In this document: one piece after another, positions 50,678-60,885 of the stretch
Position numbering within the stretch: the stretch's first letter is position 1
Layout: each line of letters starts with the position of its first letter
Assembly (NCBI GenBank): GCA_965217095.1
Contig: OZ244235.1
Coordinates: forward strand, 4,488,175 to 4,552,174
From: Candidatus Latescibacterota bacterium
Lineage (GTDB): Bacteria; Latescibacterota; UBA2968; UBA8231
DNA length: 64,000 nt
Reading direction: 5' to 3'
Program-made: the position numbers and the translations under genes
Notes under the pieces: model-generated
What the model was told of the DNA's origin: nothing
What the model saw: the letters and a program-made list of their open reading frames with translations, nothing else
Databases searched by the model: none

Positions 50678-52375
50678 GTGGAAGACAAGAGGACGCTTCT
50701 AGCGTTTCTGCTCATCGGGCTGATCCTGCTAGTATTGCCGTACTATTACGAAATGGTGGGGCTTGCCCCCGGAGAAGACGAGGAGGAGTTGCCTCCCGTC
50801 GTCGAACAGTCCTCCGAGCCGCCCGCGAGAATCGTACCCCAGGAGACAACTCGACCTGATCCCCGCTTGCGGGAGAAGACTCCGCAAACCGAGCCACCGC
50901 CTCGGGAAGAGCTAGTGGGTGAGCCGTTCACGCCGCGGGAGGTATCGGTGCGGACCCCCTTGTTGGATCTGCTGTTTTCATCGGCGGGCGCAACCCTGGT
51001 TTCGGTTCAGCTACCGCAATACGAAACGCCGGATGGCCGGCCGGTCGAACTGATCAGCGCCGGACATCGCGGCTTGGGTTTGCGTTTGAAAACCCGCGAA
51101 GAGGTGATAGACCTGTCGAAGGTGGAATTCAGACCCAACCGGGAACAGGTGGTGTTGGATTCAAGCGACGTGGCGACGCTGCGCATGACGGCCGATCTCG
51201 GTAACGGCAGATCGGTGTACAACACCTACGAGTTTGGAGGTGATACCTACGCTGTTCAATTGGAGATAGAGGTGGTCGGCGTCGGCGACGACGCGGAGTT
51301 GTTTACCCAATGGGAAGGTGGAATCGCCAACACCGAGGGACAAACGGTGGAGTCGGCCCTGTTTTTTGCAGCTCCAACCGTACGCCGCATGATGACCTAT
51401 TTGAACGAAGAGCGGATCGACCACGAACCTGATGACGATCAGCCAACCTCCACCGAGGACAAGGGGCCGGTGAAGTGGGCGGCGGTACGGAACCAGTATT
51501 TTATGGTAGCGCTTGCACCCGAAGGCGAAGGCCCTTTCCGCGTCGGCCTTCACGCAGCGCCGGCGCGTAGCGCGGCGCTTAGGGACGAGGTGCGATTCGA
51601 GATCGGTGCTCGGGTCGTGCCCGGACAGGCCGCGAGGTCCCTTCTTTACTTAGGTCCGCTGTCGTACGACAGGCTGACCAGCTATGGGGCAGAACTGGAA
51701 GCGGCCTTGGACCTAGGTTTCCCGATCATTCGCGAAATCAGCAAGGTGCTGATGCTGGTCTTTGTCGCCACCTACGACTTCGTTCCCAACTACGGGATCG
51801 TCATTATATTGCTGGCAATCGCCATCAAAATCCTGGTTTATCCACTGACCCACAAGTCGTACGAGTCGATGGCCAAGATGCAGCAGCTGCAGCCGAAAAT
51901 GGCCGAACTGAAAGAGAAGTACAAGAGCGACAACCAAAGGTTAAGCCGTGAAACAATGAAGTTGTACAAGGAAGAAGGGGTAAATCCCCTCGGCGGTTGT
52001 CTGCCGATGCTTCTTCAAATGCCCGTATTCTTTGCGTTATACAGCGTCTTCAACAGTACCATCGAACTCCGACAAGCCCCGTTCTTTTCGTGGATCACCG
52101 ACCTCAGCAAACCCGACGCTCTGCCCTTGGGCGGATTCGAGCTTCACGTGCTGCCGTTGCTTATGGCGGGATCCATGTTCGTTCAACAAAAAATGACGAT
52201 GAAGGATCCCAAGCAGGCGATGTTGGTATACATGATGCCGGCCTTCATGATCTTCATCTTCTGGAACATATCCTCCGGGTTGGTCTTGTACTGGACGATG
52301 TTCAACGTCTTGAGCGTCGGCCAGCAACATCTGATCAATCGACTAAAAGAGTCTAAGGCAAATAAAAACAACTAG
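50678..52375 (+). CDS. yidC: Membrane protein insertase YidC (565 aa).
   Basis: N-terminal TM. Conserved C-terminal region with LYSVFN, MKLYKEEGVNPLGGCLPMLLQMPVFFALY…. Confidence 0.9.
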   Translation: MEDKRTLLAFLLIGLILLVLPYYYEMVGLAPGEDEEELPPVVEQSSEPPARIVPQETTRPDPRLREKTPQTEPPPREELVGEPFTPREVSVRTPLLDLLFSSAGATLVSVQLPQYETPDGRPVELISAGHRGLGLRLKTREEVIDLSKVEFRPNREQVVLDSSDVATLRMTADLGNGRSVYNTYEFGGDTYAVQLEIEVVGVGDDAELFTQWEGGIANTEGQTVESALFFAAPTVRRMMTYLNEERIDHEPDDDQPTSTEDKGPVKWAAVRNQYFMVALAPEGEGPFRVGLHAAPARSAALRDEVRFEIGARVVPGQAARSLLYLGPLSYDRLTSYGAELEAALDLGFPIIREISKVLMLVFVATYDFVPNYGIVIILLAIAIKILVYPLTHKSYESMAKMQQLQPKMAELKEKYKSDNQRLSRETMKLYKEEGVNPLGGCLPMLLQMPVFFALYSVFNSTIELRQAPFFSWITDLSKPDALPLGGFELHVLPLLMAGSMFVQQKMTMKDPKQAMLVYMMPAFMIFIFWNISSGLVLYWTMFNVLSVGQQHLINRLKESKANKNN

Positions 52376-52402
52376 TTACGGTATGTTTTATACTCGGCAG
52401 CA

Positions 52403-53773
52403 TTGCCGGCTATAGGATTCGTGGACCCTACCGAGACCATTGTTGCCATTTCATCGCCGCGCGGGGAGGGGGGTGTGGGTTTAGTCCGTCTCAGCGGTCC
52501 ACGGGCGATAGAGATCGGTCAAAGGGTTTTCCTCAGCAAACCGCCGTTGGGCTCACGGCCACGACACGTGGAGTATGGTCGAATTGTCGACGGCGGCCAA
52601 ATTCTCGATCGTGGACTTGCCTGGGTCTTAAAATCTCCCCGTTCCTACACCGGGGAGGACACGGTGGAGATAAGCGCCCACGGAAGCGCGGTGGTGCTGG
52701 AGGCGCTAGTCCAAGGTTCTCTCGCCGCCGGGGCCGTCTTGGCGGCCCCGGGCGAGTTTACTCGGCGCGCTTTTATGAACGGCAGGCTAGATCTGTTGCA
52801 GGCGGAGGCGGTCATCGACATCATCCGCGCCAGCAGCCGTGCGGGTCTCGACAACGCTTACGGTCAAGCCAGCGGTCGTCTTTCATGCCTCGTCAACGAA
52901 CTGAAACAGATTCTGGTAACCTGCATCGCGTTTCTGGAGTTCGGACTTGATTTCTCGGAAGAGGATATTGAAGCCGTGAGTGCCGACTCGATACGTCAGG
53001 AGCTCCAACGAGCAGTGACGATGGCAACTCGTCTCATCGATACCTTTGAAGGGACCCGCCGCCGCCAAATCGGGGTGGCCGTCTGTCTGCTCGGGCTTCC
53101 CAACGCCGGCAAGTCCACCTTGTTCAACAATATGCTCGGCGAAGAGCGAGCAATCGTAACGCCTCAGCCAGGTACCACCCGTGACCTTATCGAAGGGCGC
53201 ACCGTGTGGTCGGGAGAAACGGTCCGCTTGATCGACACCGCTGGTTTCCGCAGAACCGGAGGAGTTATAGAACGAGAAGGCGTCCGGCGCACGCTACGGT
53301 GCGCCGCCGCCGCCGATCTAGTTCTGGTTGTCGTGGACGGCTCCCAACCCTGGCGGGAGACCTATGAGGATCTGTTGGAGCTGGCGGGCGACAAAGAAGC
53401 CTTTCTCGTAATGAATAAATGCGACCTCCCGAACCGGCTTGGTCCTTTGCCCGCGCACATCTCGATGCCCGCTGTGGAGGTTTCGGGCCTTCAAGGGAAA
53501 GGCATCGCCGAGCTCCAGAATCTAGCGGTGCGTCGGTTCGCCCAGCCCAAGAGTCTAGATGGCATCGGACTGGTCCACGAACGCCACCGCGATTGTCTGC
53601 AACGCATGGCGAAGGCCACGTCCACAGCCCTGGGTGGCGTAACCAGCCAACCGCATGAATGCCTGGTAGTAGAGCTGCGCACGGGCTTGGCCGCCCTGTC
53701 AGAGATGCTGGGGGAAACCCTGGATGAGGAGATTCTCGATCGCGTGTTTTCCGAATTCTGCATTGGAAAGTAG
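52403..53773 (+). CDS. mnmE: tRNA uridine-5-carboxymethylaminomethyl modification GTPase MnmE.
   Basis: G1 motif GLPNAGKSTLFN. DTAGFR. NKCD. C-terminal CIGK. Confidence 0.9.
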   Translation: MPAIGFVDPTETIVAISSPRGEGGVGLVRLSGPRAIEIGQRVFLSKPPLGSRPRHVEYGRIVDGGQILDRGLAWVLKSPRSYTGEDTVEISAHGSAVVLEALVQGSLAAGAVLAAPGEFTRRAFMNGRLDLLQAEAVIDIIRASSRAGLDNAYGQASGRLSCLVNELKQILVTCIAFLEFGLDFSEEDIEAVSADSIRQELQRAVTMATRLIDTFEGTRRRQIGVAVCLLGLPNAGKSTLFNNMLGEERAIVTPQPGTTRDLIEGRTVWSGETVRLIDTAGFRRTGGVIEREGVRRTLRCAAAADLVLVVVDGSQPWRETYEDLLELAGDKEAFLVMNKCDLPNRLGPLPAHISMPAVEVSGLQGKGIAELQNLAVRRFAQPKSLDGIGLVHERHRDCLQRMAKATSTALGGVTSQPHECLVVELRTGLAALSEMLGETLDEEILDRVFSEFCIGK

Positions 53774-53847
53774 CTGTTTCACGTGAAACAGAGCACCCAC
53801 CGAAGCTGGCCACAAAACCGTTCGCGGGCGCCGCGCGTCCGTTTCAC

Positions 53848-54498
53848 GTGAAACAAATTGTGGAGCCATCCACCGATTCCATCCGCCTGTTGAAAGTTGA
53901 CCTGGTTCAGCTGCGGGATCGGTTGCGGGACACGGGAGCCTGTCTGGATGACCGATGGATGCCGCACCTTTGGCAGTATGCTTGTTTGTTATTGCGCTGG
54001 TCGCAGCGGATGAACTTGGTGTCGTCGGGAGACCGGGCGAGGATTTTTACCAAACATATCGGCCCAGCCTGCCTCATGGCCGAGTTGGTTAAATCGGTTC
54101 CGCATGCGACCGTGGTTGATTACGGCAGCGGTGCGGGTCTGCCCGGAATTCCACTCAAGATCGTTTTTCCGCATTCACACTTCTATTTGGTCGAAGCACG
54201 CCGCAAGCGCGCCTCCTTCCTGCAAACGGTTATTCGAACGCTCGAGTTGTCTCGGGTTACGGTGGTCCATCAGCGCCTTGAAGAGTGGAGGTGTCCCGCG
54301 GGTCCGGTAGATCTCGTGGTCTCCCGTGCGACTCCGGGGACCAACCTGGTGGAGCGGGTCCGCGCGCATCTGGCCCCGGGTGGATCGATCGTGACCACCG
54401 AGGCGAGCACCCGCGGGCACACCAAGGGGCTGTTACCGGACGCGCGCAAAGAATTTTCGGGCTTCCCCGCCATCGTCCTATTAACGCCCCCTGTTTAA
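53848..54498 (+). CDS. rsmG: 16S rRNA (guanine527-N7)-methyltransferase RsmG.
   Basis: VVDYGSGAGLPGIPLKIVFP (SAM-binding). Position after mnmE. Confidence 0.85.
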   Translation: MKQIVEPSTDSIRLLKVDLVQLRDRLRDTGACLDDRWMPHLWQYACLLLRWSQRMNLVSSGDRARIFTKHIGPACLMAELVKSVPHATVVDYGSGAGLPGIPLKIVFPHSHFYLVEARRKRASFLQTVIRTLELSRVTVVHQRLEEWRCPAGPVDLVVSRATPGTNLVERVRAHLAPGGSIVTTEASTRGHTKGLLPDARKEFSGFPAIVLLTPPV

Positions 54499-54834
54499 TT
54501 AGTTGTCCACACTTTTCCCCACCATTATGTTGATGACCGAAGCGCCCATAAAATATCATATAACTCTAATATAAACAATATGTAGCAGCGCATTGAGGAG
54601 AGTCCTAAGCGCGCTGGTTGGCGCGAATGTGTGGATAACTTCCCTGGCTTTACAGGTCGAGCGCGCGGACCGAGAGAAATTAGCTATTGCCACCCTGCCC
54701 GCCGGCACCGTATATTTTATACCCGAATTTTGTGTTGACCTTCGATTGGACCGTATCCCCTGCTTGATAAATTCCTGAAATCGTGGTTCGCCGATAAACT
54801 CAGACCGATCGCCCGCATATTCATTCGGCTCGGG

Positions 54835-55374
54835 GTGCGCCCGGACTGGCTGACCTTGTCGGGGTTGCTGTTGAACCTGGTGGCCACCGCCGCTTTTGCG
54901 CGCGGACATTTGCAGTGGGGCGCGGCCATCATGCTGCTGGCGGGCCTGTGCGATTTTCTGGACGGACAGGTGGCCCGCGAAGGCAGGAAGGAAACCAAGT
55001 TTGGCGCCCTGCTTGACTCGACCACGGATCGATACTCGGAAATCTTCATCTACTTTGGAATCGGCGCCTATCTCATTCAACAGGAAAAGTGGATCGTCTG
55101 CGGAATCTTGTTCTTTGCGTTGTCGGGGTCTTTGATGGTCAGCTATGTGCGAGCCCGAGCGGAAGGGTTAGGCGAGGACTGCAAGGTTGGATTCATGCAG
55201 CGCCCGGAACGCATCGTGGCCCTTGGCTTAGGCGGATTGGTAGGGCACGAAGGGCTGGTGTTGGTTCTTGTTGTTTTGGCGTTAACGACGAACTACACGG
55301 TCATCGAGCGCCTTGCCTACATCCGCAACAAGTGGAAGACGAGCGCCACATCGGCGCCGGCGCAGGGCTCCTAA
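54835..55374 (+). CDS. CDP-alcohol phosphatidyltransferase family protein (PgsA-like).
   Basis: DFLDGQVAR…GALLDSTTDR (D-x2-DG-x2-AR…G-x3-D-x3-D). Multiple TM segments. Confidence 0.75.
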   Translation: MRPDWLTLSGLLLNLVATAAFARGHLQWGAAIMLLAGLCDFLDGQVAREGRKETKFGALLDSTTDRYSEIFIYFGIGAYLIQQEKWIVCGILFFALSGSLMVSYVRARAEGLGEDCKVGFMQRPERIVALGLGGLVGHEGLVLVLVVLALTTNYTVIERLAYIRNKWKTSATSAPAQGS

Positions 55375-55412
55375 GTCGCGCCATCCCAACTCTCCCTCCG
55401 CCGTTTTGGTGG

Positions 55413-56066
55413 TTGTCTCCTTTGTCTCTTCCCCTCTTCATCGTGTTCGAAGGTATCGACGGTAGTGGAACCACGACCCAGTGCCGTTCTCTCCAGCGCT
55501 ATATCGAGCAGCACCTTCGCTGCCCGGTTGTCGCCACCCGAGAGCCGGGAGGCACGTCAGCGGCAGAGCAGATCCGGCAGTTAGTGCTCGACCCGGATCT
55601 GGTTGAACTGGACCCGCTCGCGGAGCTTCTCCTCTATGCCGCCGGCCGAGCCCAACATGTGCGCGAACGAATCAAGCCGGCGCTGGCAGCTGGAACACCC
55701 GTTCTCTGCGACCGGTACACGGCGTCGTCCGTCGCGTACCAAGGTTTCGGCCGCGGTTTGGCCATAGACCTCGTCGAGAAGGTCAACGCCATCGCGATCG
55801 GTGACTGCAGGGCCGATATCACGATCTTTCTCGATCTGCCCGTCGAAGAAGCGCAGGCTCGCTGTTCCGACCGCGGCGAGCCCCGCGACCGTTTAGAGAT
55901 GGAGGGGATCGATCTACAAAAGCGCGTCCGCGCGGCCTACCTAGAGATTGCCGAGCGCACCCCGAAGGTTTCATTGCTAATAGACAGCCGCCCGCCAGCG
56001 GGTGAGATCGGCGACGAGATTTTGCACGCGTTGAAGCACAGGTGGCCAGGTTTTCCATTTAAATAA
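55413..56066 (+). CDS. tmk: Thymidylate kinase. Probable TTG start; the longer ORF from 55089 is spurious.
   Basis: FIVFEGIDGSGTTTQ P-loop. LID region. Confidence 0.8.
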   Translation: MSPLSLPLFIVFEGIDGSGTTTQCRSLQRYIEQHLRCPVVATREPGGTSAAEQIRQLVLDPDLVELDPLAELLLYAAGRAQHVRERIKPALAAGTPVLCDRYTASSVAYQGFGRGLAIDLVEKVNAIAIGDCRADITIFLDLPVEEAQARCSDRGEPRDRLEMEGIDLQKRVRAAYLEIAERTPKVSLLIDSRPPAGEIGDEILHALKHRWPGFPFK

Positions 56067-57949
56067 TGAGAGATTCGAAGGTGAAAACGAGAGTAGCAGC
56101 CACGTTGATATGGCTGGGGCTTATCGCCCCGGGGTTGCTGGAGGCCAAGCCGGCGGATCGGTACGCTGAGACCAATGCCGGGTGGGACAGGTTTGGGGCG
56201 GTGTACGCACGCGTGGTTGACAGCTACTACGATTCGCTGAGCCAGGCCGATCTGCTGCAGGCGGCTATCCACGGGGTGTTGGGTGAGCTTGACTCCTACA
56301 GTCAGTTTTACGACCAGGAGGGGTTGCGCCAGCTGCGCCAAGACACGACCGGAAAATTCGCGGGCTTGGGAATTACAGTAGCCGTAAAAGATTCATACCC
56401 GATCGTCATTGCCCCGATCGAAGGGACACCTGCGGACCGAGCCGGGCTGCTACCTGGTGACCTGATCGTTGCGGTCGAAGACCAGGACACCTTCGGGATG
56501 AGTCTAGACACGGTCGTCGGCATATTGCGGGGGGAGCCCGGTACGACCGTCCGCATTGGGGTCGCCCACAAACGGGGTCAACCTCCCCGCCGTGTTGCCA
56601 TCCGCCGAGAGGTGATCAAGATCCGCAGCGTCGCGTTGGTTGAGCGGATAGATCCGGCTATCGGGTACATCAGCATGCGCCAAACCCGCTTCTCTGAAGA
56701 AACAGCCACCGAGGTGCAGAGTGGCTTGCAGGACCTGGCCGCGTTGGGCGTCAACAGTTTGATTCTGGATCTGCGTGGCAATCCGGGCGGTTTACTTAGC
56801 CAGGCCCAACAGGTGGCCGATCTCTTCTTGCCCAAAGGCGTGCCGATCGTCTCAGTACGAGAGCGCGACGGTCGCCGCGAGGATACCAAATACTCGTTGA
56901 AGACTCCCATCGCCGTTGACATCCCACTGGTAATACTGATCGATGAGGGCAGCGCCAGCGCTGCCGAGATCGTGGCCGGCGCCGTGCAAGACAACGACCG
57001 CGGCATCATTGTGGGAAACACTTCGTTCGGCAAGGGATCGGTACAAACCATTTTCGATCTCTACGAGGCCAGTGACAGCGCCTTGAAGCTGACCACGGCG
57101 CTCTATTACACCCCAAGCGGACGCAGCATTCACCGCCCGGGAGCGACACCGACCATCCGCAACATGAGCGCGCGCCAGATCGGCGGCCTGAACCTATCGG
57201 CTCAGGCCGTTGTCAGCAGTCTCCTCAGCGCCGAAACTCAATCTGCCGCCGTAGCCGCCCTCCGCGTCGCACTCGATGTGGATCAGACCCAGGCCGAGCG
57301 CATCATGGCCGAACCCCTCGGCGCGCTGGTCGGGGCAACGGTCGAGGGCGCTGTGACCGACAGTGGGGAAACCGCGGTGGAAAGAGATCGATTCTTCCGT
57401 ACGCGGCGCGGCCGAAAAGTGTTTGGTGGGGGGGGAATTACCCCCGACATCCTCGTCGAGCGAGATACCTGGCCGGGGTTTGCGCGACATCTCCAACGCA
57501 GTCGATTGTTCTTCGATTTCGTGGTCGACCAAGTTCCCGCCGACTCGATCTCGGCGCTTCGCGCCCGCGGGTACAGCGTCAACGACGACATGATCCTCTC
57601 TTTTCGGCGGTTTATCAACGCCTCGGAGTATGCTCGCGACGGACAGCTGAGAGCCGATGCCGAACTCGGACAGTTGCGACAGATCGCCGAGCAGATGGGA
57701 TGGACGGTAGAGACGATGGCCGGCATCGATCGCCTGGAGTCGGTTATCCGCCAGGAGGAAAAAACCGGGTTCGCGGCCGAGTTAGAGCCGTACATCCGAG
57801 CCGCCTTGGAACGCGAGCTCTCGCTGCGCTTGAGCGGTCGCAAGGCGCAGCTCAGATCAGCCCTCGAAAGCGATCGACAACTTAAGGCCGCTATAGAGAT
57901 TCTGGGCGATCCCGAACGCTATTGGAAGATTTTGGAAGGAACAACCTGA
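56066..57949 (+). CDS. ctpA: Carboxy-terminal processing (S41) peptidase with PDZ domain.
   Basis: Signal peptide. PDZ GLLPGDLIVAVEDQ. S41 motifs GNPGGLL and GSASAAEIVAGAVQD. Confidence 0.85.
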   Translation: MRDSKVKTRVAATLIWLGLIAPGLLEAKPADRYAETNAGWDRFGAVYARVVDSYYDSLSQADLLQAAIHGVLGELDSYSQFYDQEGLRQLRQDTTGKFAGLGITVAVKDSYPIVIAPIEGTPADRAGLLPGDLIVAVEDQDTFGMSLDTVVGILRGEPGTTVRIGVAHKRGQPPRRVAIRREVIKIRSVALVERIDPAIGYISMRQTRFSEETATEVQSGLQDLAALGVNSLILDLRGNPGGLLSQAQQVADLFLPKGVPIVSVRERDGRREDTKYSLKTPIAVDIPLVILIDEGSASAAEIVAGAVQDNDRGIIVGNTSFGKGSVQTIFDLYEASDSALKLTTALYYTPSGRSIHRPGATPTIRNMSARQIGGLNLSAQAVVSSLLSAETQSAAVAALRVALDVDQTQAERIMAEPLGALVGATVEGAVTDSGETAVERDRFFRTRRGRKVFGGGGITPDILVERDTWPGFARHLQRSRLFFDFVVDQVPADSISALRARGYSVNDDMILSFRRFINASEYARDGQLRADAELGQLRQIAEQMGWTVETMAGIDRLESVIRQEEKTGFAAELEPYIRAALERELSLRLSGRKAQLRSALESDRQLKAAIEILGDPERYWKILEGTT

Positions 57950-58516
57950 ACATGCTTGCTGGAGCTTTGAATCTGATGTATTTTACACGTATCGTGCGGC
58001 TTTCGGTTTAGACCGGGAACTGCATTCGGGCATAAAGCCATTAACTCGTGGAGCCCGACTTGGTGGCTCCAAATCAGGGAAATTTGTACCGTATCTGCCG
58101 GACGTGGAACACCGTATCTAATCCACGTGATTCAACGAATTTTAGCGCGCCAGGTGGGATTGAAAGGTAGACAACAGACAGAGGAGGGTGGCGCGCGTTG
58201 AAGCAAACCAAACCTACAGCCGCAGGGGGTGCATGTGCGCCCGCCAACCCAGTTGATATGCGGCCGAATTCGCGCCCCTCAGGACACGCCCTTTGCCGGG
58301 TCTAATGTCACTCGTAGGTCCGGCAATGCCCAGAGCGCGAACCGTCACGTAGCAGACCAACCGGTAGCAACACCCCCCTGATTTGACCTCGCCTATCCAG
58401 CGCAGTTGCTGGATTCCGCGCGCAACCGCCTCCGCGTACAGGTCCCTCATTTATCATCTTCCGCATCGTCCACAACGGACGTCTGCGGGATACATACCAT
58501 AGTATTTAAGGATTAT

Positions 58517-60049
58517 ATGCACACAGAAATTCTAATAAACGATGGCACGCACGAGTCGCGCATCGCCATCGTCGAAGACGGCACCCTCGCCGAGGTTTGG
58601 GTGGAGCGCCCAGAAAACGAACGCATGGTCGGAGATATATACAAAGGACGTGTAAGTGCCGTTCTCCCCGGATTGCAGGCCGCCTTCGTTGAAATCGGGC
58701 GGGATCGCACCGCGTTCTTGCAAGCTCGCGACATGATGGAAGAAGACAATAAGGATATGGAAAACGGCGGCGGCTCTCGCGGCGGCAGGCGGTCTCGATA
58801 TGCGCCAACCCCGGCGATCCAAAAACTCATCCGCAAAGGGGATGAGGTCCTGGTCCAAATCGCCAAGGAACCCATCGGCACCAAAGGCGCTCGCGTTACC
58901 ACCCATCTCTCCTTGGCTGGCCGTTTCATGGTGCTGGTACCGGGCGGCAACTGGGCGGGAGTATCGCGAAAGATCTCTAGCTACAGTGAACGTCGACGAC
59001 TACGGGATCTGGTGAACAGCCTACGGCCCAAAGGCTATTCTGTCATCGTGCGCACCGAAGGACGGGGGAAGACGGAAAAAGAGTTTCGCCGTGACTTGAA
59101 GAATCTCGTCAAGATTCATGAGCGGATAACGAAGTTGGAGAAAAGGACCGACACGCCCGCTCAGCTGCACAAGGAACTCGGCATGACCTCTAGCATCATC
59201 CGTGACTTGTTTACCGACAATGTCGATCGCATGGTCGTGGACACCAAAGAGCTCTACCGCGAGATCATCGCCTATTTGCGCACGGTGTCGCCCGAATTGC
59301 GCAAGCGGGTCGAATATTACCGCGATCGCAAGCCCATTTTCGACGCCTTCGGAATCGAAGAAACCTTGGAAAAGCTGACCGGGCGCAACGTGCGTATGAA
59401 AAAGGGAGGCAATCTCGTCATTGACCACGCCGAGGCTGGCACCTTTGTCGACGTGAACTCGGCAAGGTACGTCGGATCGGACGATCAAGAAACAAACAAC
59501 CTCAACACCAATCTGGAAGCGGCTCGGGAACTCGCTCGCCAGCTCAGGCTGCGCGACATAGGAGGCATCATCGTCGTTGATTTTATCGACATGAACGACG
59601 AAAAAAATCGCCGCAAGGTCATCGACGAGATGATCGACGAAGCCAAGAAGGATCGTGCGAAGATTTCGATCAGTCCGCAGATAAGCGAGTTTGGACTGGT
59701 CGAAATGACGCGCCAGCGGGTTCGTCCCAACCTGCTACACACCCATAGCGAACCCTGTCCTACCTGCCAGGGAACGGGGCGGGTAACCGGTCCGGACACT
59801 ACCGTCACCAAGATCGAGCGCTGGTTGCGGCGGTCGTACGCCGCCACCAAGGAACGTCGCTTCGTGCTCCGCGTACACCCCGAGGTGGCCAGCTACATGC
59901 TGGAGAATCGTGAAATCAGGCTGAAATCGATCCGCAAAGCGACCCGGGTGCGGTTGCAGCTAGAGCACGATGCAACCCTGTCTACGGATGATTACCGTTT
60001 CTTTTCTACCAAACGAAATCTGGATGTAACGGCAGAGTTCCAAATTTGA
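58517..60049 (+). CDS. rng: Ribonuclease G/E family (Rng/CafA-like), 510 aa.
   Basis: MHTEILINDGTHESRIAIVEDGTLAEVWVER…MVGDIYKGRVSAVLPGLQAAFVEIG S1 domain. SD AAGGA upstream. Confidence 0.85.
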   Translation: MHTEILINDGTHESRIAIVEDGTLAEVWVERPENERMVGDIYKGRVSAVLPGLQAAFVEIGRDRTAFLQARDMMEEDNKDMENGGGSRGGRRSRYAPTPAIQKLIRKGDEVLVQIAKEPIGTKGARVTTHLSLAGRFMVLVPGGNWAGVSRKISSYSERRRLRDLVNSLRPKGYSVIVRTEGRGKTEKEFRRDLKNLVKIHERITKLEKRTDTPAQLHKELGMTSSIIRDLFTDNVDRMVVDTKELYREIIAYLRTVSPELRKRVEYYRDRKPIFDAFGIEETLEKLTGRNVRMKKGGNLVIDHAEAGTFVDVNSARYVGSDDQETNNLNTNLEAARELARQLRLRDIGGIIVVDFIDMNDEKNRRKVIDEMIDEAKKDRAKISISPQISEFGLVEMTRQRVRPNLLHTHSEPCPTCQGTGRVTGPDTTVTKIERWLRRSYAATKERRFVLRVHPEVASYMLENREIRLKSIRKATRVRLQLEHDATLSTDDYRFFSTKRNLDVTAEFQI

Positions 60050-60116
60050 CAGATCACCGATCCACCCATATTTTGCGTGATCCAGCCAATTCTCACCACA
60101 TTGCAGGATCTGGCTA

Positions 60117-60434
60117 ATGTACGCGGTCGTCAAAATCGCCGGTTCCCAAGTTCGAGTAGAAAAAGGGCGCACCTTGCGGGTGCCCAAGTTGGCGTCGGAA
60201 ACAGGCTCGCAGCAACGTTTTCCCGATGTGTTGCTGCTCAGCGACGACGGCAAAACCAGTACTGGCAAACCGTTCGTGGAAGGGGCGGCGGTCGAAGCTA
60301 CCATCGTCGGCCACGGGCGAGGCGAGAAGGTAATCGTTTTTAAGATGAAGCGCCGCAAGAAGTACCGACGACGAAATGGCCATCGCCAAGACTTCACCGA
60401 GATTCGCGTTGACGAGATCACCTCACCCGAATAG
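60117..60434 (+). CDS. rplU: 50S ribosomal protein L21.
   Basis: MYAVVKIAGSQVRVEKG…. Confidence 0.9.
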   Translation: MYAVVKIAGSQVRVEKGRTLRVPKLASETGSQQRFPDVLLLSDDGKTSTGKPFVEGAAVEATIVGHGRGEKVIVFKMKRRKKYRRRNGHRQDFTEIRVDEITSPE

Positions 60435-60456
60435 CGGCAACTAGGTAAGCCCACAA

Positions 60457-60717
60457 ATGGCACATAAAAAAGGGGTTGGAAGCTCTAGAAACGGTCGCGA
60501 CAGCCATTCGAAACGGCTCGGCGTGAAGCGGTTTGGGGGCGAAAAGGTGGCGGCGGGCACCATCCTTGTTCGACAGCGAGGCACCCGGATTCATCCGGGC
60601 GTCAACGTGAAGAAAGGCGGCGACGATACCTTGTATGCCGTCAGTGACGGGGCCGTCAAGTTCGAACGCTGGGGCCGCGACCGAAAAAGGGTCAGCGTCT
60701 ACGCACCGGCCGAATAG
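60457..60717 (+). CDS. rpmA: 50S ribosomal protein L27.
   Basis: [16 protein letters not shown]…RQRGT…. Confidence 0.9.
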   Translation: MAHKKGVGSSRNGRDSHSKRLGVKRFGGEKVAAGTILVRQRGTRIHPGVNVKKGGDDTLYAVSDGAVKFERWGRDRKRVSVYAPAE

Positions 60718-60885
60718 CGGTTCCGCCACACCCAGACAGTAAAAGCCACAGAGGCCGCGAGGACCCAACCTCAGCGGCCGTTTTTGTTTTTGACGCCGCC
60801 CACGGCGCAACCTATAATAGGGGGATCATTGGTCCCAGAGCGAACTTCCACCCCAAAGATTCATTTATAGACCCACCATGACTGC

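Noticed and set aside
55089-55412. N-terminal 108-codon extension of the tmk ORF (ORF track 55089..56066)
   Set aside because: It overlaps the CDP-alcohol phosphatidyltransferase gene in another frame and has low-complexity sequence. The conserved Tmk N-terminus (FIVFEGIDGSG) begins at ~55413 with a TTG start.
57950-58516. tmRNA, RNase P RNA or SRP RNA in the ctpA–rng spacer
   Set aside because: No tRNA-like T-loop (GGTTCGA), no P4 GGAAAGUCCGG-type motifs and no SRP GGAAGCAGCC motif found by eye. The spacer is kept only as a possible rng leader.
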